Assembly: GCA_002633005.1 (NCBI GenBank)
Contig: NMRA01000686.1
Location: 124,001 to 188,000 of the forward strand
Reading direction: 5' to 3'
Length of the DNA stretch: 64,000 bases
DNA from: Phoronis australis
Taxonomy: Eukaryota > Animalia > Phoronida
A program made the position numbers and the translations under genes. Below are positions 24,211-39,200 of this stretch, piece by piece. Position 1 is the stretch's first letter. Every line of letters starts with the position of its first letter. The notes under the pieces are model-generated. The model was not told the origin of the DNA. It saw only the letters and a list, made by a program, of their open reading frames with translations, and did no database searches.

Positions 24211-25480
24211 AAGGGAACTGTATTTTATTCTGAATAAATTCTGGATAGTTTTCTAAGAATTGTAGATTAATTTCACAAATAATTCAACACCAAAAATTAA
24301 ACTTATATTCTCTAACGAAGCTCAAAAAGATACCGGCTTGGAGCGCTGCTTAGTCTCGTGACGTATTTGGCGGGGGCCAAGTCACTGTCCTGTGTTAGCG
24401 TGCAATCAAGTAGCGTTTTTCATATTGTCGGAATAAGAAATTTTAGTGTGAAATGTCGTGTCACAAGGGATACCTGTTTGAGCCGAGGCAACACAAAGTG
24501 ATACCCAGTCATAGTCATCGTCAGACGAAAATTTGCCGGTGCAACTGGTGTCAGTGACTGTGCCGATCGAGGGCAATGTGGACTCTAGCCATCCAGTCAG
24601 CCAGCTGTCAGCCAATGCTCAGCTCTGTAAACTTAAAGGGTTGGTAAGTTACCGACTGTAGCTGTATGAAGACTATCGTACCACTGTGTGTTGAGCTCCA
24701 TTGACCCCGAAATTTCAGACAGCCGTTGACTACCAGGGTATAGTTGACTCAGTTATGCTCGTCACCTCGTCGTAAAACTTACGCTACTGTTCAACATATA
24801 AAGCTAACGGACCGGCGGGGGCGCATGGTAAAGGTCAGATGACGTAATCGCAAAAAGCCGAGGCAAGAGAACACATCACAATTTTACTAGCAGCAGTCGA
24901 TGAACGATCGCTAAAATTTCCAACACCGGTAAATACAGAAGTTAGTTTACTCTAGGAACCTGATTCCTAGGTTTACTCAAGGATGACTTAGTTTTCAAAA
25001 TGACATTTATTTGAGTCAGATTTTATTTTTACATTTTTACCCATATCGGCTTAAACCTGTAGGCCTATATCTACACAGAGCTTTGGGCCAAGGCTTGGGT
25101 AACCCGGCGACGGTATGCGATGACCATCCCTTTAGAAGACGCCTTTTTCGAAGACTTTGAGCCACCGGGTGCCATACAAAAAGGCATAGCGAACCTTTTA
25201 CAGCACTGTGGCAAACAATAAAAATTAAGGACGATTGATACAATGATAAATTACGATGTAAACTCTTCAAATATGACATAAGCAATGAATGTGTAAAGCA
25301 GCCGATACCCCGCCGTTCACGTCACTGACACATCAGCCAATCAGCGATCGCTTTCAGAATTCAGTGTTTTGGCCATGAATTCGAATTGGCTTTTGTTTGA
25401 CACGCAAGTCAGGCAAATGTGAGTTTTATTTGTATGTTAGAACCGATTAACTGCAACATTATTTTGACTACAGTCCCCTT
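24211..25480. mobile_element. Kolobok-like non-autonomous DNA transposon between the two genes
   Basis: TTAA|AAGGGAACTGTA ... TACAGTCCCCTT|TTAA: a short TIR with TTAA target duplication. Confidence 0.55.
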
Positions 25481-26960
25481 TTAAAGTTTTTTTTTCGGCG
25501 CTAAATGGGATTCCTGATGGGGTCGTACGTCAGTAATTGGCGTAATTATCTAATGTCAGGAGTAAAGGAAGGTATCATATGTTTGTGTCGATCAAGGATA
25601 CATATATTTAACATGTTTTAAAGTCATTTGGCCGTTATATGGGGTCTTTAAGTTTAGTCCCTGTTTGGGACTGTTTTGTGCAGCGCAGCACTGAAAACCT
25701 AGCCAAGCTCTGTGGACACGCAAGTTTACCGTTATGTAACCAAAAACTGTGAGGAGCCGTGTTTCCTGGACTTAGCCGCATAAAGCTTCAAAAGTTTTCC
25801 GCTGGATAGGTTTGATTGTTGTATGACGTCAAGTGCATTGTTTAACAATAACAACGTGACGCGTGATAATGCGACGTCATTGTTGTTATACGGCGCCAGA
25901 TGTTGAAATAGTCTAGCCTCAAAAATAATATGCAAGTCATGATCACTCATACATGTATTACTGAGATTGTTGTCCATAACTTTCTGGTACGATTTAATTC
26001 AATGGCTGTTTAAAAATGTGAATTATTCCGTCGTCCACAATGTTTTCTTCAATAGAAATGTTTAGTTTACGCATTTGTTTTTGCGACAAATTTGCTAAAA
26101 TACTTTCAAAATGAAAAATTAATTTATATGTCGAAAATCTTGAATGTGAAAAAGAGACGATTCTCTTTTTCTCTTCCGTTCCTGTTATTATTAGCAAAAC
26201 CTTAACTTTAGCGCGTGGTCTTGAAGTCTGCATGTGGGCGCCTGCGTGTGTGTCAAATAACCACACTCTCCTTTACATGTATTTGCCCATATTAGTGTCA
26301 ATAAAGTAGCTGTGAAAAGTAGAATTTTGACAAGTTTACTCCCACAAAATTAATATTGCTTTTTTTCAGCGACTTCATCTTATTTATGTTGGTGTTGGCC
26401 GGGCAACTCTAGAATTGTGGAATTCAAAATTGCACTTTTCTCACTAAGATCAGTTAAGCGTGCTGTTTTTTAAAAGCGCTTGGGTTAAGACTTTGACAAA
26501 TTGCAGTGTCGTAGACAAAGTAAACCGGAAATACAAATTTAAGGCCAGAAAATTACAAAGAATGTGTCACGACTGAAAGTGGACATATAAGAACAACACA
26601 CGAGTCATTAAATAAATTCCCTGTATTACTGAAATATTTCAGCATTCAGACACCATGTAACACGAGCAGCCAATAAAACAGGATTGAAGTATTGATCACA
26701 CGGAAATCTTGAGAACTGTATACACATTACAGACTGCTGCGAAGATCTTTTATGGCTTCACAGCAGCTATACAATGTATCCCAAAATGTTCAAATTAATA
26801 TTCTGAAATAAAATTAACAATGCACGGTATTGCTGTGCATCCGTGCTTTAACAGTAACAAAATTTAAGATTACTATAGATTGTTTGATGAGGGTCAAGTC
26901 AGGTTCTGATTCTGCTGAGGTGGTTGAGGTTGCTGGCCTAATGTGTCTGCACTTAGCTCA

Positions 26961-27272
26961 CTACTTGGGGCGTCCTCCGGGGAAGATATGTTGACACAAG
27001 TTGGCGTCATGCTGATGAATAAAGTCATAGATGCACTCTACTCTGACTCCTTGCTCAACGGTATTCAGATGGAATTGACCTTGTGGCAACACTATATTAT
27101 GTCCACTCGTGTGCATGACAGCCAAACACGCCTCCTGTTGGTCGTCAGCTACAAACCCTGGGCTTCCTGAGCTGCCGGGTCCGAACCTTGAGCTAGATTG
27201 GTAAAGCACTCGACGTCTGTCAGCTAATGTGTTGTACGTTTCGTTGTTAGATTGTGTGTAAAGTTGAAGAAG
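26961..27272 (-). CDS. Gene B exon 12, protease C-terminal part with catalytic Ser (..LYQSSSRFGPGSSGSPGF..LAVMHTSG..VEQGVRVECI..) and stop
   Basis: attgcag| acceptor in phase 0, TAG at 26961. GxSGSP + MHxxG + ExG..I pattern as in FAM111 proteases; Ser codon at 27168-27170. Confidence 0.9.
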   Translation of the reverse strand, partial: LLQLYTQSNNETYNTLADRRRVLYQSSSRFGPGSSGSPGFVADDQQEACLAVMHTSGHNIVLPQGQFHLNTVEQGVRVECIYDFIHQHDANLCQHIFPGGRPK

Positions 27273-30200
27273 CTGCAATTGTAATAAGCTGAATCAAAAA
27301 AACGGTGTCTTATACTAATGAATAGTTACTGCCACCCATCCATTGCCACGTTATGAACACACTAGCTCATGCACTGATATACAAGCTGTACCCGTCTCGT
27401 GTCAAACTTTTCTAAAACCTACTTACTGGTATGAAAACTGGTCTCAAATGGATTCCTACTCAAATTTGAAGTGATTTTGGACTTATATGAGTTAATTATT
27501 TAATGTCACTTCCAAAGCGCAAATCACGTGAATTTGAGCTTACCCAATACACAGCACTTATCGATACAACTGGACTTATACCTCACATAAAATGGGCAGT
27601 CCTGTCAAGTCATCGTGTTGTGAGCTTAGGGAATTAAATTGCAGGCACTTAAAACAAAAATTTGTCTAAAGTTTGTTTCACTGAAGAAAGACGTCGTAAG
27701 TTTGTATGTTTTTGTCTTAATTTTGACTAATTTACCGGATGTCGAAGTCCCGAAGTTGAGAAAAATCTTAGACTTAAGGGAGAAAGGAACTTGAGTCGTT
27801 TTCTTGGAAGGGGTCGTCTGGCTGGTTGTATGAAACAGTCTGAAATAGGGACTCAACTAAGGTCCCTAAGTCTTTTTGCGTATTTGTGTCTCTATGGATA
27901 ATACATGTATAACTAAAATCTGAGCCCAGAGTCCTTTGAAAATAAATAGGGACTCGGCCCTTTACTTGGAGGTGTTGCTTGAAAAGATCCCCAATTATTT
28001 TTGATACTGACAATTCAGCGTAGAGTTTACTCTGGATTTGCAGCGAAAGTTGACTTAGTAATGAAACTTAAACAATTTAAGAAAAAGTAATAGGTATTTT
28101 CACAAGTCCAACATTACCCAGTAGATTTGGGGAGCATAGTTGAGTCCCCATTTGGTACTGTTTCAAGCTACAGGGTGCTGGTCTCTAACAAGCTCAGTTC
28201 TTGGTGAGATCCTAACAGTGTGAGAGGTAATAACCGGATGAACGGGTCTAAGTCAGAACTTGATATTCACAGTTTATCAAAGAAACTTTATACAGGGTTT
28301 TGTTTTGTAAATGTGTTGCCCTCGTTTATAAGTGCACTGTGGGCTTTAATACTTTATATTTCACAGATACTGTAGTTGTGTTAGACATCGGTAGTTTGCT
28401 GCACGACTTAAAAACAAGTGCAACACATTTTGTTTGACCAAATAATAGAGTGACGTAACGTGTACCTGTGCTCTATGCATGTCGGATAAGTGCTCAATTT
28501 TACATTGAGTATCCAAAACCTTCTCGTGGCCGTCAGGATGGCCCGCAAAGTGCAGGTATTGCTGTCCCACGATAACTTTAAAACTAGTCAGTGGTGTCGG
28601 CAGCGAATGATGGTCTAGCCTCTGACACTGATTGAAGGCTGCCGGAAGTGTAGCGTTGAAATCTAGATCCACGATAGCCACGTCGAGGTCATCGTCACAA
28701 GCTAAGACTGAGAGGATGGGCGCTGCTTGGACTGAGCTCATACATTGCATTAGTGCCTTGTTAAAGTGAAAGAGAACAGCGTTGCTTCCAACTGAAACAG
28801 AGAGACAAAATACATGTAAATGATAAAGTGATCTGTAGAAATCGGGAGCCACACAGTGGCGCTACATGTGCATGTAATGGCCATCTCGGTGACAAAAGTA
28901 ATTTTCTGAATATAGTAGCGCAAAATCGAATCCACCAGCTCCGCGGAGCAGCCTAACGCTCTACTGCAAGGCGAAATTCCGCACGTTTACTAGCTGTAAA
29001 AATAGATTATAGAGTATTTAAATGGTAAAGATACCCGCTGATTTCTGCCAATGTCTTGCAGACAACAGCGAGAATTGGCAAATCGTAAGGTCAAAAACAA
29101 ATCAAAGGATGTTGTTTTTTTATAGCTATGATCCAAATTAATAACTTCAAGGTATCAATCCAACCCAACAACAATCCTAAGGAGGCCGTCGTAGAACCGG
29201 CAATGAGGTGATTTACAAATCAAATCCAACTTGAATCGTTCAGTTAGTCCATATTTTTGCAAAATATAAAAAGCTATGAGTGTAGGGATATTCAAACTAG
29301 ACGACTGCAGTCTTGAAGTAATTTTTAAGTCCACTTCATCAGAGGTGATGTGGAGCCGGGAACTACATGGCACTGGTTGAAATGTTTGGTTTGAAGGGTC
29401 ATCTGGAGGTGACGATCACTACAAAAATTATATATACTCGAACAGTCGATACTCCGAAAGGCAGTTATATCATACCAATTCTGTGCGGTACAGGCCAAGT
29501 AGTCTTACCTTTACTGGTTTTGAGTATGATCTAATTTTAAAGTATAGAACTTGAAGGATAATAGAGAGATTAAACTGCCACACCCAACCGCACATGGACC
29601 CATGCTAGGATGTCACCAGGGAATGACGTAACAAGAGGAATTAACGCAGCGTTCAATTTCAAGCCGTGTTTTCGGTCACCATTTTCTAATTGAGGTCACG
29701 TGATGTTCTGATGCTGGCATGATACTGTTCTTTGGCCAAAATAGGGATGGTGGGTGGGATCGCACAGAACTCAGACATTATTTATTCAGATCGGCCAACG
29801 AGTGACCTCAGATCTTAGGAGCTTTCGTTGGAATGAGGAATCAAGATTAAAGAATCAAGAATTAAGAATCTTTATTTAACGTCGTTCAAAGAACATATTG
29901 ATGTTAGCCGGTAGGGCTAATTCTACGACATTAACTTTAACAGAAATATGAAGAAAATAGGACTTAATTTAAAGATGGATAATAACACATAGATACAGGT
30001 GTGAATAAAAGTGAAGTTGCCATAATCGCTAAAGTCTAGTCTAGGAAATGAGGTAGTAATTCCTAAACTTTATTTTTTTGTGTTTAACGTTAGGATTATG
30101 CCTTTAAATTTCCAGTTAGCCTGGGATAGAACACTTAGCGAGTTATTGCTAGTAAACTTGTATTATAAAAATACATTTCGTCAGCTTTGGGGCCTCCTTG

Positions 30201-33200
30201 AAGTAACAGTAAGCATGTTGTAAACAGCGCCCGAGGCAGTTTAAGTTTTGTAATGGAAAGTTAGAAGTCAATGTTTGTAAACAAAGTTCGACATGCGTTG
30301 CGTTTTGTAAAACTACCGATAACTAACGCAGGAAGTTATTTTAATGACACAGTTTGTAAGAATGAGCGCCTTTTTACAAATAGACTTGTACTCAATGCAT
30401 TTTGTTTCAAGGGTGATAATACATGTATATGTAAAACGCAACATATTTTTGCCAAAATTGACCCCGTGTAGGGTAAACACGGCAACGAAACTGGACGGTA
30501 CTATGGGAACCCAACTATGAAGTGTGAGGCAAAATCACCAGAATGAAATTATGTCCACTAGAAAACATTTTTTCCAATTCGGAAACTTGATTTGAAAACC
30601 TAGCCTGTTGAAGACCAATCATTTTCATGTTCAACTAAATGATTTTGTGAAGTGCCCACTTGGGAAACCCCGTTCCAGAAGAGAGAGTCTCCGACTAGAT
30701 GACGTGGATGTGGTACGAGGTCGCAGTGCGTATTCAGAGTTCGGATAGGGGGCTAAAGAAAGTTAGAAGGGGCTGCATTTAATAACATAAATGTACTAAA
30801 AATGGTGCCATTTGGCGTGGTAACCCTCAGTCCGAATCACCAACCCTTTCCCGTTCAACTTGCTAAAAACTCAGTTTTGTCTTTCTTACAATTTATTGAC
30901 TCTAGATCCGCCTCTGCAGCAAATACCGAGGCAAAGCAGACAGACTTTATATTTACACAGCTGGTCACAACAACATGTTTCGGTGTTCACAGCACATATC
31001 ATCGCGATAGATGTCGATGTTGACGTAATATAGGGTGACAATATGTGTCCAGTTCAACAACGTGGCTTCTGCTTGTCGCAAAGCTCAGCACTTCCAAGTC
31101 AAATAATTCACAAATCTATGTACATGTAGTAGGCTCCACCGAATTTTCCTTACATGATTGAGGAAACAGTCAATCCTGCATTGACCAGGTCGTCATAATT
31201 ATTTGTCACTTAGAAAAATGACATTGCTCCCAGAACGATACGCAAAATCAGATAGTGAAAATAAGACAACGGGGGCATAAACTACGCAACGCCTTAAATT
31301 CTGAAGAGTTTATGAAAAACAACGTTTTCAAGAGGTCTGTGTTGATTCTCCGACACATACATCTGTACATGTACAGTTAACATGTACATGGACATGTAGC
31401 AGCAGTATCATCAAGGTAGGAATTGTGAATGACAATGGTACTGGATACCTGTATGCCACTGCATATCATGCGTGCACCCAGGGGGGGGACTCGGGAGTTC
31501 GAACGAGCCCCTCCCCCAATTTGGCGAAGTGGGCAAAAAGGTCCGCCTCAGAAAAACAAAAACTCCGAAAAAAGAGGCAAAAGTCCATTGAAAACACGCA
31601 GACGCTCAATTTACAATTTCCAAGGTAGTACCCTCATTTTTTGTTTAGTCCTACCGATATTTTGTCGGCAAAAGGTCCGCACCGACAGAAATTCGAGCCA
31701 TCCCACATTGAAGGCTGGGTGCGTGCATGCATACACAGAAAAGTGGACTTCAAACCGAGATTTCAAGTGGCGAGCTGATTTAACCGGCATCAGCTTGTAC
31801 TTACGCGGGACACTGAGCTCTTTTACAACGTGGCAATTTGTCATAACGTAGGTTGGACCAACGCGGAACCCAGATCCCAATCCATATCCATCCGACCTTG
31901 CAAGTAGAACGACAGACGGGAGCGCACGTGCTAAAGACTCGTGTAAGTGCGCCAACATCACCTTCTTATTAACATCATGGAACAGTGTGGTAGAGGCTGT
32001 GGGCGGTGGAGGAGGCTGTATGAGTGGAAAGTAATCTGAAACACATACACCTAATGCATGTTACAATAGTGTACTCGACAAGGAACAAAAGTGACACTTT
32101 CAAGATTTCCATTGAAACAGGCAATTGGCTATCAACTTAAATTCCTCCTTGGAATTAATCATTTACCCGACAGCCTTGTATTCACACCCAATATGTCCAA
32201 TATGCCGTCGTTTCTCCTCTTTACTTTTAGGTTGACGTCTGCTTCTCCGTCGGGGATAAATTTGCCTTCAGATTTGGTAAATTCTTCGAGTACTGCACCA
32301 AACTGCTCCTCAACCGGAGGAGCACACGCTCCTAAAGTTTGGTCGGATGCACGTTCAGTAGCTCCTCTGGCCCCACGCAATCGAACTTCAATTGTATGCC
32401 CGTGCTTTTTTTCCAGTTTCGTTATATCTCTTTGAAGTTCCATTTGCTTCTGAAAATGACATTGGAATATCTTTTAATCCCAGTGGCTGTTCAGGATAAC
32501 TTTCTAACACACTAAAAATCAACAACGAGCCATCTTGCGTCATGAAATTTTCCTTCGTAAATTTAAAGACGGGATTTTGAAGAACTGAGAGTTTGTTATC
32601 GCTTTAGATCCGGCTCAACATGCTGGTTTATATCGACGTGTCACTTTAAGCGCCGAACGTGGTCTCTTCAAACAGCATATATTCACAATTATGCAGAACG
32701 AGGTTCACATCAAAAGTTCGCCTCTTGTGCTAAGTATGCTCAAGTGGACCATTTGACTGCAGGTGGCTCGAGATCGTATTACAGCTAGTGTGGCCTGATA
32801 ATTACACCATAGTAACAAGTATATGTATATGGACCATTGTTATTTGTTGAGTACCTTAAGGATAGTTTTCGTTTTCTTGACCTCATCTTTGTCTGCATAA
32901 CCGTATATACCGCAAACGTCCAGGGCTGTTTTATTTTCCTGTAAATATAGAAATGCACGAATCTATGATGGACTATTGCGAACACCAAGAGGCGAAAGGG
33001 AAAGAAAACTGGTTGTTGAATCGTATTTAACGAGACACAATAAGAACAAAAACGACAATAGTATGTTGAACATATAGGATCTGACGAACGAAGTTTATGT
33101 TTCGAAATAATTTGAAGGTGTGCTTCACAATGACGTGGAGATAAATTTGCAATCTTAAGTTCATCACTTGTTTACGCAGAGTCTAAGAACTTCCCCATCA

Positions 33201-36200
33201 CTGAAATAACATGACCACAATCCGCTTTGCAAAACATTTTCTGAACTCATCCTTTTAGACGATCAGCCAGTTTTCTTTTGTTTTACACTTAAGTTGTATG
33301 CTTATCTGAGACCAGGATCATTATGCTCATGGGCATTAGACTGAATGTGCGCAATTTCACGTGGTTAAGAATCCGCCAGCGCGCTAAAGAAGGCGTCTAA
33401 TTTTATCGGGTGTCGACAATTGAAAGGCTCGAAATCAGATAACCATGCAGGACAAAGTTGAAATCATCTCAGACAAGTCATTGTTCTTATTTACGTGTAG
33501 GTTTCAGGAAGTTTCTTTAAGTGGTTACGAAATATAATGAGAATTGGACTTGTAAGATGGATTGGATATTTGTCACCTACAGTAGCTAGTTAAGGTGACA
33601 CCTTAAGAAGCCAGCATGGGAACAGAGTTTAGACAACATCAAAAGACAAACGAGTTCCCACGTGACCTGAGTTCCCGCCACTAGGAGTTTATACCGACAC
33701 ATCGGAGGAGACGCGAGGTCTCCCAGGTACTAGTCATATTGTAAATATCCAGTCTAGAACATAAGTCTGTTTCTGAGTTGCTCAAGCTCTGCATTGTATT
33801 AATAGGTAAGAAGAGAGATATCCTATTATAGATTAATCCATTTTAAAACATCAGTCCACGGAATTACACAACCACGACACTATGTAGTCGACACGTGTAT
33901 TTGAGGTGTACTATTAACTCCAAGGAACATTCACAACAAAATATGAATAAAGACATGGCTGTATAATTTCATTTGATCTTTAAACACGAAATTATTAGAT
34001 CGTACATGTAACCTGCGTTGATACCGTGCGTACTTGAACGGTCGATTGCCGACAATAACTAAAGAATACGTTACATCAAATCTTAACGAACTGTTGTTGA
34101 TTTTAACACATGCGATCATCTACATGTATGGATCGTTTTATTTAACACAGGTAATTTCTAATAACTTACTGAAAATTAGACCATTTTTGTCAAAACATAG
34201 CTTTCTACGCATGGCTGATGTAACCAAAGACACTGAGAGCTTGCTCGTTTTGAAATAATCTGGTGTAGACGGCAGGCGCATACCAAAAATGTAAGTGCCA
34301 CAAAAACTTTTAAGTTTTGGAAGATGAGCCTATGAAAGTTGAAATGGTATACCGTAATTTTTAATTCAAAACACATCCGAGAAAACCATTTTGCCTGGAA
34401 CTTAGAACCTATTGAATTTACGGGCTCTTCTTTTTCTGAGTTGTTGTAAGTTTGTGGGAATTTGAAGTGTACATGTACAATATTTGAGATCTACTTCGGA
34501 CAAAATACTGTAAACCAATTGACCAGTCTGGTACAGGACACCAACTCTTGTCAATAAAAATATGAGCACTTCCAACATGTATCGTTGTTAACTGAGCACT
34601 CCTTGCACGGGGGAGAAAGGCAAGCAAACATTGATATTGAAACTTCAAGACAAATGTCAAAATGTGTCTTCGGAACATCATACATTGTACTGTACGCAGG
34701 CTACCTCTGAAGTGGATTCATACAAAAAAGGTCTGATGATATTTTATGCCCTCTTATAGTAAACGCCGTTTGCGTTGGTTTTAAAATGTTCCATTTTTGT
34801 ACGAGGAGCTACCTATTTTACAGTAGCATAAGGAATACCCTGATATCATAACGTTTAGTGACCTAAGTCCAACGACAATCTTGTGAAGGAAGGTGGGTTT
34901 AATGCCGCTCTATTATCGGGGTTGGATCAAACTGGCGTGATTACTTCAGCAGGACATGAATCAGAAATGTTTAATTCCTGTGCTAGTGTGATCCACTTAA
35001 AGGTGGCTGAGACATAAGCAGGGTGTAATTCTTGTTCCACCCTACCAAAAATGAAACTTATAAAACAAATTACTCTATGACACAAGCGATGTCCTCAACC
35101 TAATCAGGTCTTTCACTCAAATAAAATTGGTCTCAAAGTATTTCTTACAACAGTAGGATTCTATTTCCGTTACCAAAAAGAACGCAATGACCAAAAATCA
35201 ACTCAAAGAAATGACCCAGTGTTCATTGAGGTTTGCAATCTCTAAAATTGCATTATCTGAACTGGCGCTTGTACGCATGGCGTTTGACTTAGAGAGTTCC
35301 AACCATGACCGTAAATCTCAAAAGCAATTTTATTCGTACATCTTAAGAGATTTAATGCCTTTAGTATGCCTGTTGTAAACAAACAAGCCAAAAGTTTTAT
35401 TTTTTTTTCTGTAACCGGGGTTGTACGTAACTCGTGGGAAGACCGACTCCGCCGTTGTCGTGTAGGCCAGTGCGATTTTGAGGAGTTGCGAGGAAAGTCC
35501 GCGGAGAGCCGCCCTTTTCAGAAAAGAAATGTTGGAGGCCGTACTAACAGCAACTTGACTGAGAAAGTCTCAAATTTCCGAAACACGTGAAACTTGCATA
35601 GAAATGGCATCAGTTTGAGCGGCCGCCGGTACGAGAGTGTAGAACGTCGTTAGGCACATGTTTTGACCACTCACAAAAACGACGTTACGATAAACTACTT
35701 GCCGCCTTTTAAGTGTATTTGCAATTTTATAGATAACGAACACACTGTTTCCATTCTGGGGCGAGTGAGGCCAGGCCCTCGATCCCAGGGGTCCAGACCG
35801 TTTGCTACGGCACGTAGGCTTATGCATTGTGTATAACGTGCTTATTAGATCATTGCCGTGACCCAGGTTTACTGTGCCCTTTGTCAGTAATTTTAAGGAT
35901 CTATTTCGCGAATATTGACCACCCCTTGCCTCAGTTGGTTGTGGCTTGCATGTGTCTGCAGTATTTCTCGTGGAAGTTGGTGGAGTTCATTAAGGCCTGA
36001 AAATCGGGAAATCGACTTCACAAGTTCATTGTATGATTCTTCAAGTACTTGAGTGTGAGGTCCATAGCCTGTCTGTATAACCGTTGTCCAGTTCTCAATC
36101 AAAATCGTCCTCGTATTCTGATCTGATTTGTTCCGCCATTGAAATTGATTGTCAAGTGACCAATAGTCTTCCAACCATTACACCATTTGGCGGGAAACTT

Positions 36201-39200
36201 GGAAATAACTAATTTTTCTTCACAGTTATACCATTCGCGACTTTTTAGATAAAAAGTGCTTAATTTGTTAGATTTCGACATCCGTTTCATATTAGCTAAA
36301 TAAAAACTCAAAAACTAAAAAATGCACGGTGAGATGTCTACATGTAGGTTGATCACTGACTGAAATACACTCCCATGGAGGTAAAGAATATATACGAGAC
36401 TGATTTTTACGAGAATATTGTGTCACTTGAGTTTCGTTTTGCCTAGCTAAAAAGAGCGAAACATAGCTCAAAGTTTCAAATTCGAATCTTATTAGAGCCT
36501 AATTCTTTAAATTAGATTTTCTGGGCACAGGGTGCTTTACTCAAAAAGTTGTGAATGGCAAAAATTCTTTGAATTTCGTTTGGACAAAATTTATTGATCT
36601 ATAAAAATCTTCGTAACCAGCGGGCGCAACCCGTGTTCACGAATGTCCATGTCCGACTTGTTACATAAGAGAAATCAAAAATTATCATGGGTTGAAAAAC
36701 ATTGTCGTGCCTCTACATTTCAGCCAAGACTCCCTGCACTCTATCCACGGACCATCAGACACAAACTCGCGGTATAACTCGTCAGACGAGCGCACCTAAT
36801 CCTCACATACCCGGTAACTGTATCTCATGCAATATGACAAAACGCAATTTTTGCTGATCTAGGACAGGGTTTAGAGGATCGTAACTGGAAATTAGTGGAA
36901 TAACAAAGGAACCATTTCCATCTACATGCACAAACCATGTGCGTTTTTTCTAAACCTGCACTTATTAACGGATCACTTGTAACTTATATAAACCGACCCG
37001 GTAGCTTCTCGCTAACTGAGTCAAGTTAGAACGCTAAATTATATTTTTTTGGTAAGTAAGTGATGAGCAAGTAAGAAACATTTTTTTCCTCTCTGAATAA
37101 AACCGTGTTGAAACCGTGTATACCAGGTAGACATTGTTCTTGAAATCATGCAGGCGTGTTCCTATTGTTCAATCTCGTAATTACTTACCAAGTTGCGCTG
37201 GGTAAAAAGATACCTTTCGTCATGTTATATTTCTGTTGAAGACAATCTTATTAAATCTAAAGAGTACCTTGAATATGTGCCTTAAAGTACGTTGCTTTGT
37301 TAAAAAAATAGGCTAAAAGTCCATGAGCACAATACATTGCAAAATGTAGTTAAAGTTGTTATGTTCCAAAAGAAGCTGGACTGTGAAAACAAGCAATGTA
37401 TCACTAATGGTTACTAAGAGACAACGTTCTTTCCAAGACCTGTTGAAAGGTTGTCAACATTTGCCGAGAATTGAAAAACGGGACAGCCAGATTTGAAGAA
37501 CGAGGCACAATAATAAAAAGCCATAGACTTGTGTATACACCAAACCAAGCGGTGAAATAATCCCTGCAACAAACAAAACTGAATCCGAACGGAAGACCCC
37601 CGACGGTTTTTTGCTTTTAGGGAATGGGAAGTTGGAGGGTTCGGCAGAAAATTTGGAACTTTTCATTTATCTTTGATAAAAGGAAAAATAGGACAAGACA
37701 CGTGGTGGTAAGTTAAACAGGCCTTGCGTCAAAAACATTTTGAAAGCTTGCGAGACTCCGCCAAGAGCAGGTCACTTAGCAGGTACACTGGGTAAGGAAA
37801 GGTAGGCTATTACATTTTACACGCAAACATTCCATTGCTTGCATTTAATTCATGGACATAGGTAAATGCCGTAAACACACCATAACTGCTACCCGGAAAT
37901 CTAGATTGCGTTCCAATCGCAGGACTTGAATACAATGTATGTTTATTCCAATTTCTCCAGTTAAATTTGGTGGGCCAATTGCTCACTGAACAAACAGAAC
38001 ATTCCGTTGAGCTGTTGATTGCAAGAAACAATGCATGTTTTCTGGGAAAACGAAAATTTCACACTATGTCGATCTCAAGTTGACCATTTTTGCATTACCA
38101 GTATCGTGGTTTTTAACTTGGGTATTGAAGACTCAGTTCCTCATCCTACCGATATAGTGTTTACAAGTACAACAAACCTCACCGCCACACGTACACAATC
38201 AAAACACGCACACATCGAAATCTTTAGCCTAAACAACGAGGCAAAAAATGGCATCAAACTGGCATTTTATTGCAAAAATTACCAATGACATGTAAGCGCG
38301 TTTCGGCCAATTTCAATTTTTATAGACGGCAGACACATAAAATCAATGCAATATTTTAGGCGTAAAGATATGCCGACATAAGTTTGAAGTCTTTCAGATT
38401 GAAGTTGGCGAATTTTGGTAATTGTATTTACTATATATGTACGGGCTTGAACGATATATAAAACAAGAGGCCAGAATGGCTCCATTCACAAGTGTATGGT
38501 GTAATAGTGATGACGTCTGGTTTCAGTTTTGCCAATTTACCATTAAAAACGGTGCGTGGTGCACACGGAACAGTATCAATATAACTGGCATGAACCAAAG
38601 CGTTTTACGATTACGAGGCCTAAAGTAAGAATAAATAAGCTGTAATAAAGCAAAATAAATTTGCACCAAAGTGATTTTAAGAGCAAGAAGTGTGCCATAT
38701 TGATGAAATGGTTATGTTGAATGAATGAATCCTAAAACTCAAGGTATTATGTGACTACTGTTCACAAAAATTCCATTAAAAGAAGACGTTATTACCACAA
38801 AATCAAAAATAGGATATCTTTGAACCAAGTGAAGGACTCGAAAGTCGAAAACGTGAGACTGTACGTTTCCTACACCTATATTCACCTTACAATCATGAAC
38901 AAATCAGTCCGTTAACACATTTTCAAGAATCTAAACCCAGACCTCATATTTGCAGTGGAAAGGAAAAAAGATCATCGCTCTTTACAAGTATTGCACAGTT
39001 CTTCTTTTTCTAGGCTTTTGCACATTCAGGCTTCTGGGACTGTGAAAAAGGGGGTTGCCCTTTCGAATGGCTGGGCTTTGCCCAATTCACACAATACATA
39101 CATCTAGGCATAAAAGAATTAATACTAAGCCACTGGGCTACGCCACTGTGGGAAATTGATTACTAAATATTCTTTCTGTTAGAGTAAACATGATTAAAAC

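Noticed and set aside
29155-29420. Minus-strand ORF weakly like a LINE pre-RT region (HITSDEV)
   Set aside because: Similarity is too weak to call without a profile search.
31153-31208. Possible micro-exon between the His and Asp exons
   Set aside because: It ends in phase 2, which breaks the frame. Direct 31805-to-28791 splicing already gives sensible His-Asp spacing.
35893-36311. Two overlapping minus-strand ORFs in intron 7
   Set aside because: No recognisable domain and no strong phase-compatible splice sites.
36811-36921. Open 111-nt segment on the minus strand with AG/GT ends (GNGSFVIPLISSYDP..)
   Set aside because: It is open only as phase 1-1, whereas intron 7 is phase 0. There is no convincing partner exon, and the gene model closes without it.
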